DNA of 64,000 nt from the human T2T-CHM13v2.0 reference genome, Homo sapiens, in assembly GCF_009914755.1 (NCBI RefSeq), contig NC_060925.1, one strand, 5' to 3'. How positions within the stretch are numbered: the stretch's first letter is position 1; each line of letters starts with the position of its first letter. The notes beneath the pieces are model-generated. The model worked only from the letters and a program-made list of their open reading frames with translations. It had not been told where the DNA came from and made no database searches. Both the position numbers and the translations under genes were made by a program. Shown one piece after another: positions 13,127-29,540 of the stretch.

Positions 13127-13404
13127 AAACGAAAAAACTTCCTTTTTATTAAGGAAGTTATATGAAAGTCCATCACTTCCACAAATTAGGAGGCTACACT
13201 ACTGCAATTTGGCTGAATCAGTGGATATTTTTAATGTTGCTTATTTTGTGCTTTAAAATTGCAGTTATCCCAGAGCATCTGTAATTTTGTTTTTTTTTTA
13301 TTTTGAACAAACTGTTATCTGTTAAATTAACAATAAGAAAAATGTTATTTTATCTATGTTTATTCATTCTTCAAAATTCTTCCTTTTGTTTTTTTTGTTT
13401 TTTT

Positions 13405-13582
13405 AATTTTCTTTTTTTTATTATTATTATACTTTAAGTTTTAGGGTACATGTGCACATTGTGCAGGTTAGTTACATATGTATACATGTGCCATGCTGGT
13501 GCGCTGCACCCATTAACTCGTCATCTAGCATTAGGTATATCTCCCAATGCTATCCCTCCCCCCTCCCCCCACCCCACAACAG
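13405..13582 (-). mobile_element. short young L1PA (PA2/PA3-like) 3' end
   Basis: ttattatactttaagttttagggtacatgtgcacattgtgcagg...cattaactcgtcatctagc, close to the consensus. Confidence 0.92.
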
Positions 13583-15484
13583 AATGATGATGAGATATTC
13601 CTGGTAAGATGTAATGTTTTATTTTTCTTCCTGGATCTATCTCTGATCTTGTTCCAGGGCACATCAATTTAGAAACACTCATCGATTATGATAGCTTTGA
13701 GAACAAACATTGGAACATTAACATGCTAATTTTGTTCTTTACAGGTTGATGGTAGAAAATGTATAAAGTTTAAAAACATGCAAGTCTTATTAGCATTCTG
13801 CTTAGATAAATACAATCTTATTTTATTTCTCTCTCCTTTTATTCATGCCCTGCCAATTGAGAGTGCCAGGTTTCTCTCCTTTTCTGTTTCACAGCAGCTC
13901 CAAAGCTAAAGGGAAACCAAGGTGGAAAATAATTACCCCAAAAGAGACATTTTCCATGACACTAATGGCTGGATTTCAGATACTTTCCAAAGCTCATTGG
14001 AAAGGGAGAACTCATGGAGAAGAAACAACCAACTTTAAGTATCCCATTACTCTCAGAGGTTGACTCAGAGCCTATTCCATGTAGAAATACTGAAGAGGGT
14101 GTAAAAAAGAACGAAAAGCAGAAACAAAATAAATAAATAAAAACAACATAGTCATGCTTTGTTTATCCTTCTTTCCCTTGCAAACATCTGCTCTCTGGAG
14201 TCTGCTCTGGCATTTAAGGAGCTTGGAAGTCATCCCTCCCATCCAATCTCACAAAGAAAAAAAAAGCTGAAGAAGTAAAAACCAACAATTCCTCTGAAAT
14301 CCCTCAGAGGATTGATGTCAGAGGGCAAACCATTGACCCCATGATTGGAGACAAAGACAGAAATGTACAGAGAATCATGACCTAGAGTAACAGAAACCTT
14401 TGGGAAAACCAACATTGGGATAGAAAAACTTAAACTGCAACTGATTAGTTGTTCGAGGCTCAATGTGGATTAATTTGAGCATTAAAAACTCCTTTGAGGA
14501 TCAGGGAGCAGTTTTAAGGGGGCTACCACACATTTGTGACTTTTACTTCCAGGAGCCCTACTAGGTTTGCACAATGAGGGTCAGGGAGAAATTTCCTAAT
14601 GCTTCCAACAAGGAACAGGGAAAAAGTAACCATTCCGAAATACACCCAGGTCACTCTGTTCTTCTTATGGCCTGTCTCAAAAGAAACTGTATTACCCAGA
14701 GCCCAACAGACTGAGATTATAGCAGAGCCTAAACCACCGGGGAGTAGGGAAATATCCAACTCCAGCCCCTCTATCCTTCCCATTGCACCTAAAGAGGAAA
14801 AACCCCCAAAACCCAAGGAGCACATGTGGAGATCATGGCCCAGGGGTAGAGGCTCACTGTGGGACTGGGTCCTAATCATCAGATTATACAAAGCATCCCC
14901 CTTCCCCTGCACCTTACCACAATACCAGTAGGGCTCCTGTATAATAACAGATGAACGCAACGGAAAGAACTGTATGACCCATGCCTTATTTAAGAAGAAG
15001 TTTCTAGGAAAACCCAAAGACAACAGCGGGGAATAAAAACAAGGACATCAGAGGAGATGTTAGCCTCTAAAGCCTCTAGCTACAGCAAACAGTAAACACA
15101 GCTCAATTACTAGCCAGATAAACATAAAACCTCACAGTAATGGCCTGTATGCCTCATTTATTTAGTACATCACATCCTACTGTCAACAACAAAAAAAATT
15201 CCAAGGCACACTAAAAGACAAAAAACACAGTTTGAAGAGTCAGAGCAAGCATGAGAACCAGACTAAATATGGAAAATATATGGGAATCATCAGGTATGAA
15301 ATTAAAAGGAACTATGATGAAATTCAAGAAATAAAAAACATAATAGAAATGAAGAATGAAAAATTAGTTCATCAATAGACTGGACATGATTGAGGAAAGA
15401 ATCAGTAGAGTTTGGACATGTGTCAAAAGAAACCTCCAAACTGAAATACAAAGAGAAAAAAAAGTATAAAAAAGACAGGAAATG

Positions 15485-15792
15485 TCAGGCGCAGTGGCTC
15501 ATGCTGTAATCCCAGCACTTTGGGAGGCCAAGGCAGTCTGATCACTTGAGGCCAGGAGTTCAAGACCAGCCTGGCCAACATGGTGAAACCCTGTGTCTAC
15601 TAAAAATACCAAAAAAAAAAAAAAAAAAAAAATTAGCACATGGTGGCTCATGCTTGTAATGCCAGCTATTAAGGAGGCTGAGCATGAGAATTGCTTGAAC
15701 TCAGGAGGCAGAGGTTGCAGTGAGCCAAGATCATGCCATTGCACTTCAGCCTGGGTGACAGAGTGAGACACTGTCAAAAAAAAAAAAAAAAA
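15485..15792 (+). mobile_element. Alu (S/J)
   Basis: Dimeric Alu with an expanded middle A-run and A-tail. Confidence 0.93.
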
Positions 15793-15961
15793 ATAGAGAG
15801 AGAAAGAGAGGACAGAACAGAATGTCTAAAAACTGTGGGGGTAATTATAATATAAAAGGCATAACATACATGTAATGGGAAAATCAGAGAAGAAAGAAAA
15901 GAACAGAAGACATATTTGAAGCAATAATAACTGAGATTTTCCCCAAGTTAATGACAGATAT

Positions 15962-16378
15962 TGTTATGAGCTTAATTATGTCCTCCTGTTCCCCCAGCCT
16001 CAACTTATGTCAAAGCCCTAACTCCCAGTAACCTCAGAATGTGGCTGTATTTAGAGATAAAGCCATTAAAGAGGTAATGAAGGTCACATGAGATCATAAG
16101 GGTGAGGTCCCAATCCAATATGACTGGTGTTGTTCTAAGAGGAAGAGACTCAGGAGATGGGCCTATACAGGGAAAAGGCCATGTGAGGACACAGGAAGGT
16201 GGCCTTCTGAAAGCCAAGGAGAGAGCCTCAAGAGAAATCAATCCTGCCAGCACCTTGTTCTTGGACTTCCAGTAGCCAGAGCACTTCTACCCTCATATTT
16301 ATTGATGAGATAATAAATTTCTATTGTCTAAGCCATACAGTCTGTTATATTTTGTTATGGTGGCTCTAGTAAAGGAAT
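15962..16378 (+). mobile_element. MLT1-family (MaLR) LTR
   Basis: tgttatg..acctcagaatgtggctgtattt..ggacttcca..aataaatttctattg..ttttgttatgg. Confidence 0.85.
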
Positions 16379-19128
16379 CCACCAAGCCACACAACAAGGA
16401 AACTCAAACAACACCAAGCACAATAACTATCAGAGCAACCACAGACATATCACATTTTGACTTCAGAGAACCAAACATGAAGAGAAATTTTGAAAGGAGC
16501 GAGGGTGGATGGGATGAGGGAAACCTTACCTGGAGAGAAAAAATAAAATAACTGCTTTGAATTTCTCATCAGAAACCATGCAAGCAAGAAGAGAGTGGGG
16601 TGATAGATTTAAAGTCTCTAAAGAAAAAACCCATTAACCTAGAATTCTGTATCTTGTGGAATTATCAAAAGTGAAGGAAAAACAAAGACTTTCTTAGAAA
16701 AACAAAAACTGAGAGAATTTGTTGACAAAAGACCTGCCTTGAAAAGAATGTTTAAAAACAGTTCTTCAGAAAAAGGGAGAATGATATAGGTTGAAACTAC
16801 ATAAAGAAAGGAAGACTATTAGAGAAGGAGTAAATGTACGTCAAACAAAATCTCTTTATAGAAAGTTTCTTAATTGATCTGATGGATAAAAAAGTGTTCA
16901 AAATGATACCAGCAACAATGCAATTGGTGGTTATAGCCTAAAGGAAAGGAATGACAGCAATATTATAAGAGATAAGAAGGAGAAAGTAGGAATACTCTGT
17001 TATGGGATAGTTGCATTACATGTTAAGTGTACAGTGTTACCTAAAAATGGACTTGGATTCGTTGTAAATGTATATTGCTAACTCTAGAAAAACTGTAAGA
17101 CATTTAAAAGGAATTATAATTGATACTGGGCAAAAAGGGAAAACAGAATTATATAAAATGTTCATTTAAAATCAGAGAAGGCAGAAAGAGACAGGAAGAC
17201 AAAAGGAAACTAATATAAAACAGTTATAAACATTAATGTAACAGTTATAGATATTAAACCAACAATATTAATAACCACTTTAAATGTGAATGATATACAT
17301 CAAGTAAAAGACAGGGACTATCAGAGTGGATATAAAACAGAACCAACTATATTCTGTTTAGAAGAAACTTGCTTTAAATACAAAGACACAGATTAAAAGT
17401 TAAAGGATGAGGAAAGATATGCCATGCTAAAACTAATCAAAATAAAGCTAAATTAGATAAATTAATTTCAGACAAAGACTCTAGAAAAAACATTTTTCAG
17501 GGATAAATTTCTTTTATTGCATAACAACAGAAGGTTCAATTCTCCACAAAGACATAACAACCTTAATGTGTATGTGCTTAACGACAGAGCATCAAAATAC
17601 TTGAGGTAAAAACTGACAGATTACAAAGAGAAATGGATGAACAATTACTATCACTGGAGGCTTCCACACACATATATCTGTGGTTGACAGATCTAGCAGG
17701 CAGAAAATCAGGAAGGACAGAATCAAACTAAGCAGCACCATCAATCAGCTGAATTTAATGGCCATTTATAGAATAATTAATGCAACAGCAACAGAATCTA
17801 TAGTCATCTCAAGTTCTCATGACATGCACCAAGATAGACCACATTCTAGGTCATAAGACACACCTTAAAAATGTAAAAGAATAGAAGTCTTTCAAAGTAT
17901 GATCTCAAACAATAGAATTAAACTAGAAATCAACAACAGAAAGAAGCTGGAAAATCTCAAAGTACCTAAAAATTAAACAGTACACTTCTAAACAACACAC
18001 GGGCCAAAGAAGAAGTCTCGGGAGAAATTTTAAAGTATTTCAAGCTAAATGAAAATGAAAATACATGTTATCAAAATTCACAGGATGTAGTGAAAGCAGT
18101 GCCTAGAAGGAAATTGAATGCATATATTAGAATAAAGAAAGATCTAAAATCAATAATCTAAATTCCCATCTTAGAAAACTAGAAGAACAAAAGCAAATTA
18201 AATCTAAGCCAAACAGAAGAAAACAAATAATAAAAATCAGAGCAGAAATCAATAAAATTGAAAATCAATAGAGAAATTCAACGAAACCAAAATCTGGGTG
18301 CTTAAAACAATTAATATTGATGAGCCTCTAGCCAGGCTAATTAAGAAAAAAAAAAGAAGACACCAATTACTGGTATAATAACTGAAAAGGAGGCCATCAC
18401 TGCTGATCCCCTTTATCCTAAAAATAGTAAAAGAATATTATGAACAACTCAACCCCACAAATTTGATAACAAATTTTTGGTTCAAAAATTTGAACCAAGT
18501 TTTTGAAAGATACAATCTACTGAAACTCACACTAGGAGAAATAGATAATCTAAATAGGCTTATACTTATTGAAGAAATTGAATCAACAATAACAACTTAC
18601 CAAAACAGAAAGCCACCAAGCCCAGATAACTTCACTGGGGAATTCTACCAAACATTTGAGGAAGAAATAATACTCCGTACAATCTCTTCCAGAAAATAGA
18701 AGCAGAGGAATATTTTCTAACTAATTCTACAAGGCCAGCATTACTCTAATACCAAAGTCATTAAAAAATTACCAAAAAGGAAGACTACAGACCAATACTT
18801 CTCATAAACATAGATGCAAAAACCACCAACAAAATATTAGCATATTATATCCAACAATGTATAAAATATTATACATCATGACCAGGTGATATTTATTCCA
18901 TATATGCAAGAATGGTTGACAATTTATACATTAATTAATGTAACCCATCACATCAACAGGCTAAAGAAAAATCATGCAATCATATCAATACATGCAGAGA
19001 AATCATTTGCCAAAATCTAGCACCAGTCATGATAAAAACCCTTAGCAAACTAGAAATATAGAGGAATGCTCCCAACTTGATAAAAAAAAATGCCTACAAA
19101 AAACCTACAGCTAATATAGTACAAATGA

Positions 19129-20840
<1,712 letters not shown>

Positions 20841-23800
20841 ACTAGATGCTTTCCCACTAAAATAAGGAAAAATGCAAGAATGTCCCCTCTCGCTACTCCT
20901 ATTTGCCATTGTACTGGAGTCCTAGGTAATGGAATAAGACAAGAAAAAGAAAAAAAGGGTATATAGTTTGATAAGGATGAAATAAATCTTTGTTCAGGAA
21001 GACATGTTTGTCTAGGTAGACAATCTCAAAGAAACAACAACAACAAAAACTCTTAGAACTAAGTGATCATAGCAAAGTTGCAGGGTACAAAAAAAGTCAG
21101 CGGTTTTCCTATGTACCAGCAATGAAAAATTGAAATATGAATTTCAAAACACAATACTATTTATGTAAGCAGCAAAACTTAGGCATACATCTAACAAAGT
21201 ATATAGAAGATATATATTAATAAGAGTACAAAATTCTTTTAAAAGAAATCAAAGATCAAAATCAATGGAAAGACATACCAAATATGTGGATAAGAAGACT
21301 CAATATTATTAAGATGTGAGTTCTTTCCAACTTGACCTGTGAATTCAATGCAATCTCCATATAAATCCTAGCATACTTTGAGGATATTGACAAACCGATT
21401 CCAAAGTTGAAGTGGAAAGCAAAAGACCCAAATTACACAACACAATACTGAAGGAATGCAATGACAGAGAGTTGACACTACCAAACTTCAAAACTTACTA
21501 TAAACCTATAGTAATCGAGGCAGTGTGGTATTGGCAAAAGAAGAAAAAAAATAAATCAAGGAAAAAGAATAGAGATTTCAGGAAGAGACTTAGACAAGGT
21601 AGAAAAGGTAATCGAATGGAGAGAAGATCCTATTTTCAAAAAATGGTGCTGGAACAACTAGACCTCTACATGCAAAAAAAATAAATATAGACTCCAGATT
21701 TTACTAATTTCACAAAAATTAACTTAAAATAAATTATACAACTAAAAATAAACTGTAAAACTATAAAACCTTTAGAATATAACATAGGAGAAAATCTAGG
21801 TGACCTTGAGTTTGGCAATGACTTTTTAGACACAACATCAAAAGCACAATCTATGAGAAAAAATTGTAAGTTGGAATTTATTAAAATTTAAAACTTTGAT
21901 TCTTTTAAATACACCATTAAGACACTGAAAGACAAACTACAGACTGGGGGAAAATCTTTGCAAAACGTATCTGATAAAGCACTGGTATCCACAATATACA
22001 AGGAACTCTTACAATTCAACAATAAGAAAACAACACAATTAAAAAATCGGCAAAATATAATATCTGAACAGAAAACTCAACAAAGAAGACGAACACTTGG
22101 CAAATATGCATGTGAAGAGGTGCTCAATATCATATGTTATTAGAGAACTGTAAATTTAAAAAACAATGAGATACCACATCTATTAAATGACTAAAATCCA
22201 AAACATTGAAAACACTAAATGCTGGTAAGGATGTGGAGCAACAGGAACTTGCATTCATTGCTGGTGGGAATGCAAAATAGTGTAGCCACTTTGGAAGACT
22301 GGAAGTTTCTTACAAAGCTAAATATACTCTTACCATATGATCCACTTTCCTAGGTATTTGCTCAAATGAATTGGAAACTTATGTCTTCAAAAAAATTCTG
22401 TACATGAAGGTTTATAGCAGCTCAACTCGTAATTGCCATATGTGGAATTGATTAAGATGTTCTTCAATGGGTGACTGGATAAACTATGGTATATTCATAA
22501 AATGGAATATTCAGTGATAAAAAGCAATGAAATATCCTGCCATGCAAAGACATGGAGAAACTATAACAAATCTTGTTAAGTGAAAGAAGAAAAGGCTCTA
22601 CACTGTGTAATTCCAACCCTATGACATTCTGTAAAAGGTAAAACTATGGAGACAGTGAAAAGATAAGTGTGTGCCAGGGGTTAGGGTAGGGGTATGGATA
22701 AATAGGCAGAACACAGAGAATCTTTAGGGCAGTGAAACTAAATGGTGGATAAATGTTATACATTTCTGAAAACCCACAGAATGTATAACACAAAGAATTA
22801 ACCCTAATATAAACTATGGACTTTTGTTAACAATTATGTATTAATCTTGGCTCATTAATTGTAACAAACGTACTATATTATGGTAAGTTTTTAATTATAG
22901 GGGAACGTATAGGTGGTACTGAGGCATTTTGTTGGAACTCTCTGCATATTTTGTTTAATTTTCTGTAAACTTTGAGATTCTCTGAAAAAAATGAAGTCCA
23001 TTAATTTTTAAAACTCTGCTCCCTAGAACATGATTTTAGGAGCCACTAACACCTGGCTTCAAAAACAGACATGCAGGGATGGATTCATTAAAAGTGAATG
23101 ACAAAGGCTTGGAAAGTTCTTCAGAGGACAATAAAATAGAACTGTAGAGGCCCTCTTACAGCTCTTATAAAACAAGCAACTGTGTAAATTAAATGCCAAA
23201 TGGAATCCAGATGAAAAAAAAAAACACACACAATTTGTCTTAACGGAATGGATATATTTGAAAGCACTGCAATGTTTTAGATAAAGAAATAAATAATGTC
23301 TACTTTTAGAAAAATGAATTTCTTTCACTTTCCCCAATATCTTAAATTCTCAGTTTTCTAATATTATAGATAATGGAATTATTAATGGATTATGCAGATA
23401 TTTAAGGCACTGTTATTTTATCAGCTATTCAAGGTTCAAGACACAGTTCTAAAGTCATATAGGCTATTAATTTGGTTTTATGTGTTTATTTCAAAATTCT
23501 TTTAAATTAGTTCACCATGTATTTGATCTCTTTAGTTGGTCATAAATCCCTTGTCATCTCTTCCCCAAAACAAAACTTTGGATATGGCAAGCTTTCTACC
23601 AATGGTAACTGACCAACTTAAAATCTGTCCCTGAAGGAAAAATTACTATTTATCTCAAATCTGCTATAATTATTTTATGTCAGCCTACAATTGCTGTGGT
23701 TGGCCAACTAGAATACTTTCTTTTTGCTGGCCTCTTATTATCATGTATGAAAGATGTATTGATTCTCAACATCCTTTTATTATTACTTTAGTATGGTTTT

Positions 23801-24259
23801 GGCAAGTGGAACTTCATCTTGTCTAGTTGTTTGGGAGCACTAGCTACAGTCTTTCTCCATGGGTCTGAAAACCTTCACAACATACTGGAGAAAAGACAGG
23901 CCTTCCATTGAACATTTACTGAGGCATAAATCATCACCCTACAAGATAATGCGATGTTTTGAACAACTTTAATTGTTTAAATTGGGAGGTTCTTATGTGG
24001 GGAACAAATTTTTCCTTCTGCAACTGTCATATGTTGGTTTTGCCATACACACCAGAAAGTCTGTATCTCTCCCACACACATCTCTCCCTTCCATACTAAA
24101 TATGTATTTTTTCTGGCTAAATATTCCTTGTCCTTCAAATTCAAAATTTAATCCAATTCAAAAATTAATGTGGTTACCATGATCTTGACAAAATCTACAT
24201 TGTAATTAAGGTCTTTTAAGATAGCCCAAGAACCAAATGTAATATTAATTGTATTACCA

Positions 24260-24430
24260 CTAGGATGGCGTGAGTGATGCAGTCACCTCAGGTGCAAAAT
24301 CTAAGGGAGTGTCAAAAAACTCGGTAATCAAAATAAATAATATTTTAATGCAATATTTGCAAAAATAACATTAATCAAAATAATATTTTAGTGCAGTATT
24401 TGAAAAAAATAAAAATTAATGCAAAAAGTT
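24260..24430 (+). mobile_element. MER96B-like hAT relic with an internal duplication
   Basis: ggtgcaaaat..aaaaaactcggtaatcaaaataaataatattttaatgcaata; the AT block is repeated. Confidence 0.55.
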
Positions 24431-24604
24431 CAAATGGACAAGGATTTGGGTGTGATGGGTGAGATGAGTCATACAAGTAAGTACAGGGGAGGCTCCTGTC
24501 TTTTTTGGACATTTCAATTTCTTGGAGTTAAAATCCTATTTGGATATTAGAGATTCAACCATTGAAAGGAGCCAGCCTAAAGACATTGTTCCATTTGTAC
24601 TCAT

Positions 24605-26005
24605 TTCTTTTTTTCAATAATAATTTTAATTTTTAGTTTAGATTCAGGGGGTACATGTGCAGGTTTGTTACATGGGTATATTGCATGATACTGAGCTTTG
24701 GGGTATGACTGATCCCAACACCCAGGTAGTGAGCATAGTCCCTAGTAGGTACTTTTTCAGCCCTTGCACCCCTCCATCATTCCCCCCACCAGTACCTGCC
24801 AGCGTCTATTGTTCTCATCTTTATGCCCATGTATACCCAATGTTTAGCTCCCTCTTATAAGTGAGAACATGTGGTATTTGGTTTTCTTTTCCTGTGTTAA
24901 TTTGCTTGGGATAACGGCCTCCAGCTGTATCCATGTTGCTGCAAAGGACATACTTTTATTCTTTTTCATGGCTGTGTAGTATTCCACGGTGTATATATAT
25001 TACATTTTCTTTATCCAGTACACTATTGATGGGCACCTATGTTGATTTCATGTCTTCGCTGTTGTGAATATCGCTGTGATGAACACATAAGTGCACATGT
25101 CTTTCTGGTAGAATAATTTATTTTCCTTTGAATATATATCCAGTAATGGGATTGCTGGGATGAATATAGTTCTAGTTTTAGTTCTTTGAGAAATCTCCAG
25201 ACAACTTTCCACAATGACTGAACTAATTTACATTCCCACCAACAGAGTATAAACATTCTGTTTTCTCCATAGCCTTGTCAGAATTTGTTATTTATTGATT
25301 TTTTAGTAACAGCCATTCTGACTGGTGTGAGATCGTATATCATTGTGGCTTTGATTTACAGTTCTCTGATGATCTGTAATGTTGAGCATTTTCTTGTATG
25401 TTTGCTGGCTGCTTGTATGTCTTTTTTTGAGAAGTGTCTGCTCATGTCCCTTGCCCACTTTTTAACGGGATTGTTTCTTGCTTGTTGTATTGTTTAAGTT
25501 CCTTATAGATTTTTGATATTAGACCTTTGTCAGATGCATAGTTTGCAAATATTTTCTGCCATCCTCTAGGTTGTCTGTTAATTCTGTTGATAGTTTCTTT
25601 TGCTGTGCAGAAACTCTTCAGTTTAATTAATTAGTTTTATTTAGTTTAGGTCCCACTTGTCAATTTTGGTTTCTCTTGCAATTGCTTTTGAGGACTTAGT
25701 GATGAATTATTTACCAAGGCCATTGTCCAGAATGGTATATCCTAGGTTTTCTTCTAGGGTTTTTATATTTTGAGGTCTTATATTAATCTTTAATCGATCT
25801 TGAGTTAGTTTTTGTATATGGTACAAGGTAGCGGTCCAGCTTCATTCTTCTGCATGTGGCTAGCCAGTTATTCCAGAATCATTATTAAATAAGGAATCCT
25901 TTCTCCATTGCTTATTTTTGTTGACTTGGCCAAAGATCATATGGTTATAGATGTGCGGCTTTACTTTTGGGCTCTCAATTCTGTTTCATTAGTTTATGTA
26001 TCTGT
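24605..26005 (-). mobile_element. L1PB/late-L1PA 3' fragment
   Basis: gattcagggggtacatgtgcaggtttgttacatggg; ORF2 C-terminus CWWECKLVQSLWKVVWRFLKEL on the minus strand. Confidence 0.92.
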
Positions 26006-26548
26006 TTTGTGATGTGTATAAAATGGTCATTTCTAGGACCCTTTGTGTGCAATGTGTGTGTCCAGAGGTACCAGTAAAAACCCTGCCTCGGCTTCTGTTT
26101 CAGTTTGCTACAACTGACACTGTCTCTACTTCTTACCAAAGCTCTCTTGAGCTTTCCTGTGCCTTTGTCTCGAGCCCACACTGCAAGTCCTTAGTGCTGG
26201 ATCTCTCTTGATGAGCAAATACATCTGGGAAAGCCCATTTCTGACTCCACTTTAACTGGCTTGAATTAGAATGCTTTTTGTACTTGCACACAAAATACCA
26301 GAAATCTTATCCAACTTGATTTTCGAAGAATGGAGTTTATAAAGATATAGGCCTTTTAGTCCGTATTGGCTTGTCTTAGTTATTGAACAGAATCAAAACA
26401 TTCCATTTTTCTATAAAACCAAGATAATTATGAAAAAGTAGTTTTTCATATCAACTGATCTATTGAGGCTTATGTTCAGCAGAACCTACTTGGTAAGTTT
26501 AAACTGGGGATGGAAACAGGTCAGGATACTAACAAAATGAAATAAACT

Positions 26549-26863
<315 letters not shown>

Positions 26864-27416
26864 AATAAACTCTTCTTTAACCTGCCTTATGCAATAAAGT
26901 CCCTGTGCCCCAAAGTTGTCTTAGAAAAGACAGCCTAAGTAGTTACTGTGCTTTGGACTTCACAGCCCAAGTACATCACACCATCAATATCCTCTTTAAA
27001 AGCCGGGAGTGAGGTTTTATAAAAGTATGCTTTAAACAAATGGCAGCAGGAAATTCAAAGTTGGGTAATTCATATTGCTGCTATAATTTGTTTGCACCTA
27101 AAAAGAAAAATCGTAGAAAATGAAGCATCATTGCCTGCAGGTACAGACACGTATGGTGTCTGAGATCATTGTTATTCTCTTCCTCTCATTTTTCTCCCAT
27201 ATCCTCTTAATGGAATAATTACATTATTGTAATTTACTTGTATATAATTCAGGCAAGCTAAGCACAACCAATAATATGTTTCTTCAGAGGAAAAAAACCC
27301 AAACATAATAATTAAAGAATAAATTAGTTACTGTAAGTAGCAAGTATTCCAGGTTTGGGGAGAAAGTGTAGGAGATGATCCCCTCAGAAATGGACACCAG
27401 TGGATGGTAACATGTG

Positions 27417-27871
27417 TGGGAACAAGAGTGATTCCATCTTGGATGCTAATCTGCCATGTTGGCTCCTGATTAACCCTGAGTCTGGGAATGCCTCCAAGGT
27501 GTCTAGTTGATGATTTACTCTCTATGTAGAAACACTTATTTACTCTGAGTTACACCTTTCCTCCACAACAACCCTTGATCTTGTTGCATACATTACCCGT
27601 AGCTGTAACACCCATAGCATTCTCTCGGCCACCCACTCATTCCTTCCAGAGCAAATATACTTTTCCTCCAGGATATATAAACCCTGGGTCTGGAAGGTTG
27701 TAGTGCGAAGGCCTACCTTTCTTGTGGCCACCCAAGACCACGCTTCTGTCTGTAAGTTCCCCAATAAATCACCCTTTTCCAACACACTGGATTTTTCTGC
27801 TCTGTTCTTTGGTTTCTTGGCTCCTTCTGTATTTGGTGGACACTTCGCATATATGACCCTTTCACGGAACA
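27417..27871 (+). mobile_element. ERVL-class solo LTR (LTR47-like)
   Basis: TG...CA ends; TSD ATGTG at 27412-27416 and 27872-27876; TATATAAA 27674-27681; AATAAA 27763-27768. Confidence 0.8.
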
Positions 27872-28096
27872 ATGTGAAACTTAAACATGCAGCATTTTGG
27901 GACGATCTACTTTAAGAGATGTTCTGTAAATGATCTGCTGTGTAGGCCATGACATTTCCTCAGGCTCACCACTGAAACATCAACCTACTATAAAATGATA
28001 AAACATGTGCTTTAAATGTGAGCACTCTAACATATTTATGAAAGATGACACAACAGATGGGCAGAAAGAAACACTGAGAATGGGAATTTTATTTTC

Positions 28097-28127
<31 letters not shown>

Positions 28128-28408
28128 GACGGAGTCTCACTCTGTCATCCAGGCTAGAGTGCAGTAGCACGATCTTGGCTGACTGCAACCTCCATTTCTC
28201 AGGTTCAAGCGATTCTCCTGCCTCAGCCTCCCAGGTAAGCTGGGATTACAGGCACGCCCTACCACACCCTGGCTAATTTTTGTATTTTTAGTAGAGATGG
28301 GGTTTCGTCATGTTGGCCAGGCTGGTCTCAAACTCTTGATCTCAGGTGATCTGCCCGCCTCAGCCTCCCAAAGTGCTGGGATTATAGGCGTGAACCACTG
28401 TGCCCGGC
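28097..28408 (-). mobile_element. Alu (Sx-like)
   Basis: Full dimer; flanking direct repeat tgggaattt..ttttc. Confidence 0.94.
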
Positions 28409-28499
28409 TGGGAATTTGCTTTTCAACAGGGAAAAGAGGCAGTGTATCTGCCAGGCAATAATGATGACAAGCACAAAACACTAATTTCAATGTATTGAG

Positions 28500-28700
28500 T
28501 ATGTGAGAGGACCAATACTAGTTTCCTTAGCTGTATTAATTTGAATTATTTTAACAACTTTAGGAAGTCAATATGATTTCTGTTTGAAAAGTGAGCAAAC
28601 TTAGGCTCAGAGATATTGCACGCCTAAAGTCACACAGTTGGTATGTGGTTATGACAGTATTTATGTTCAGGTCTGTCTGCCTCCAATGCCTGGGTTTTTC
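28500..28700 (-). mobile_element. MIR
   Basis: aaacttaggctcagaga..aaagtcacacagttggt..caggtctgtctgcctcca. Confidence 0.65.
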
Positions 28701-29164
28701 TCTATGAGCTCCCTCTTAGCTGTTCCAGTGTTCCTCCACTAGAATTTCATATTCTTTAGTGAGACAATCTCCAGGCATTATCCTAGCTTGAATAAAATGC
28801 TCCAGAAAGTTCTCCAACTCAAATCTACAAATCAGTAGTCGTTTTGTAAAATAACTTCTTTCTCCAAGGACCTCAGTTTTGAGGAATGTGTGCCCTGGAT
28901 GAAGAAACTGGCATTCTCACTACTGGAAAGAAATAATTTTGTCTCCGTATTAATTTTTCGGTATTCTGGTTTTTAGATTTTTTTTTCATGAGTTATGTTA
29001 GTTTCGACTCTTTTGACTAGAGCCTGACCATTCTTGGATGATCGACTAAATTCAAGTTTCTGAAATGACACACATGAGAGATAGCTTTATTGATTTTCTA
29101 TGAATTTTCTTATTTTTTCTTCTTATAAAAATGTCTCTCCAGGAGCAACACCAAAGAAAGCCAA

Positions 29165-29540
29165 GCTGCTGCAAAGCTTCTCACTGCCTTTGTATATTAT
29201 GCCAGCTCCTCTACCTCAAACGCTTGCCCTGCCTTCTCATCTGAAAAATCTTTCCTCTTAAGATCCAGCTCAAATGGTACCAGTTCTCTCGCAAAATCAT
29301 TCTGGAAGACCCCAGGGAAAGTCAATTTCTCATTCTTTTAAACATTCACATAATTTTGCATATATCACTCTCCTATTCACTTGACACTCTACAGTAACTC
29401 CTTCTGTATAATTCTATTTTCCCATCTAGCCTGTGAGCTACCCAATGGTGTCAATGAACTCAGTCCCCTTTGCGAACCTAGCATCTTCTACTGCACTGGC
29501 ATAGGAAGAAAAATACTCAATAAACACTTGCAGAAATGAC
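29165..29540 (+). mobile_element. L2 3' end
   Basis: aagatccagctcaaatg..ctgtgagct..tggcatag..ctcaataaacacttg. Confidence 0.6.
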
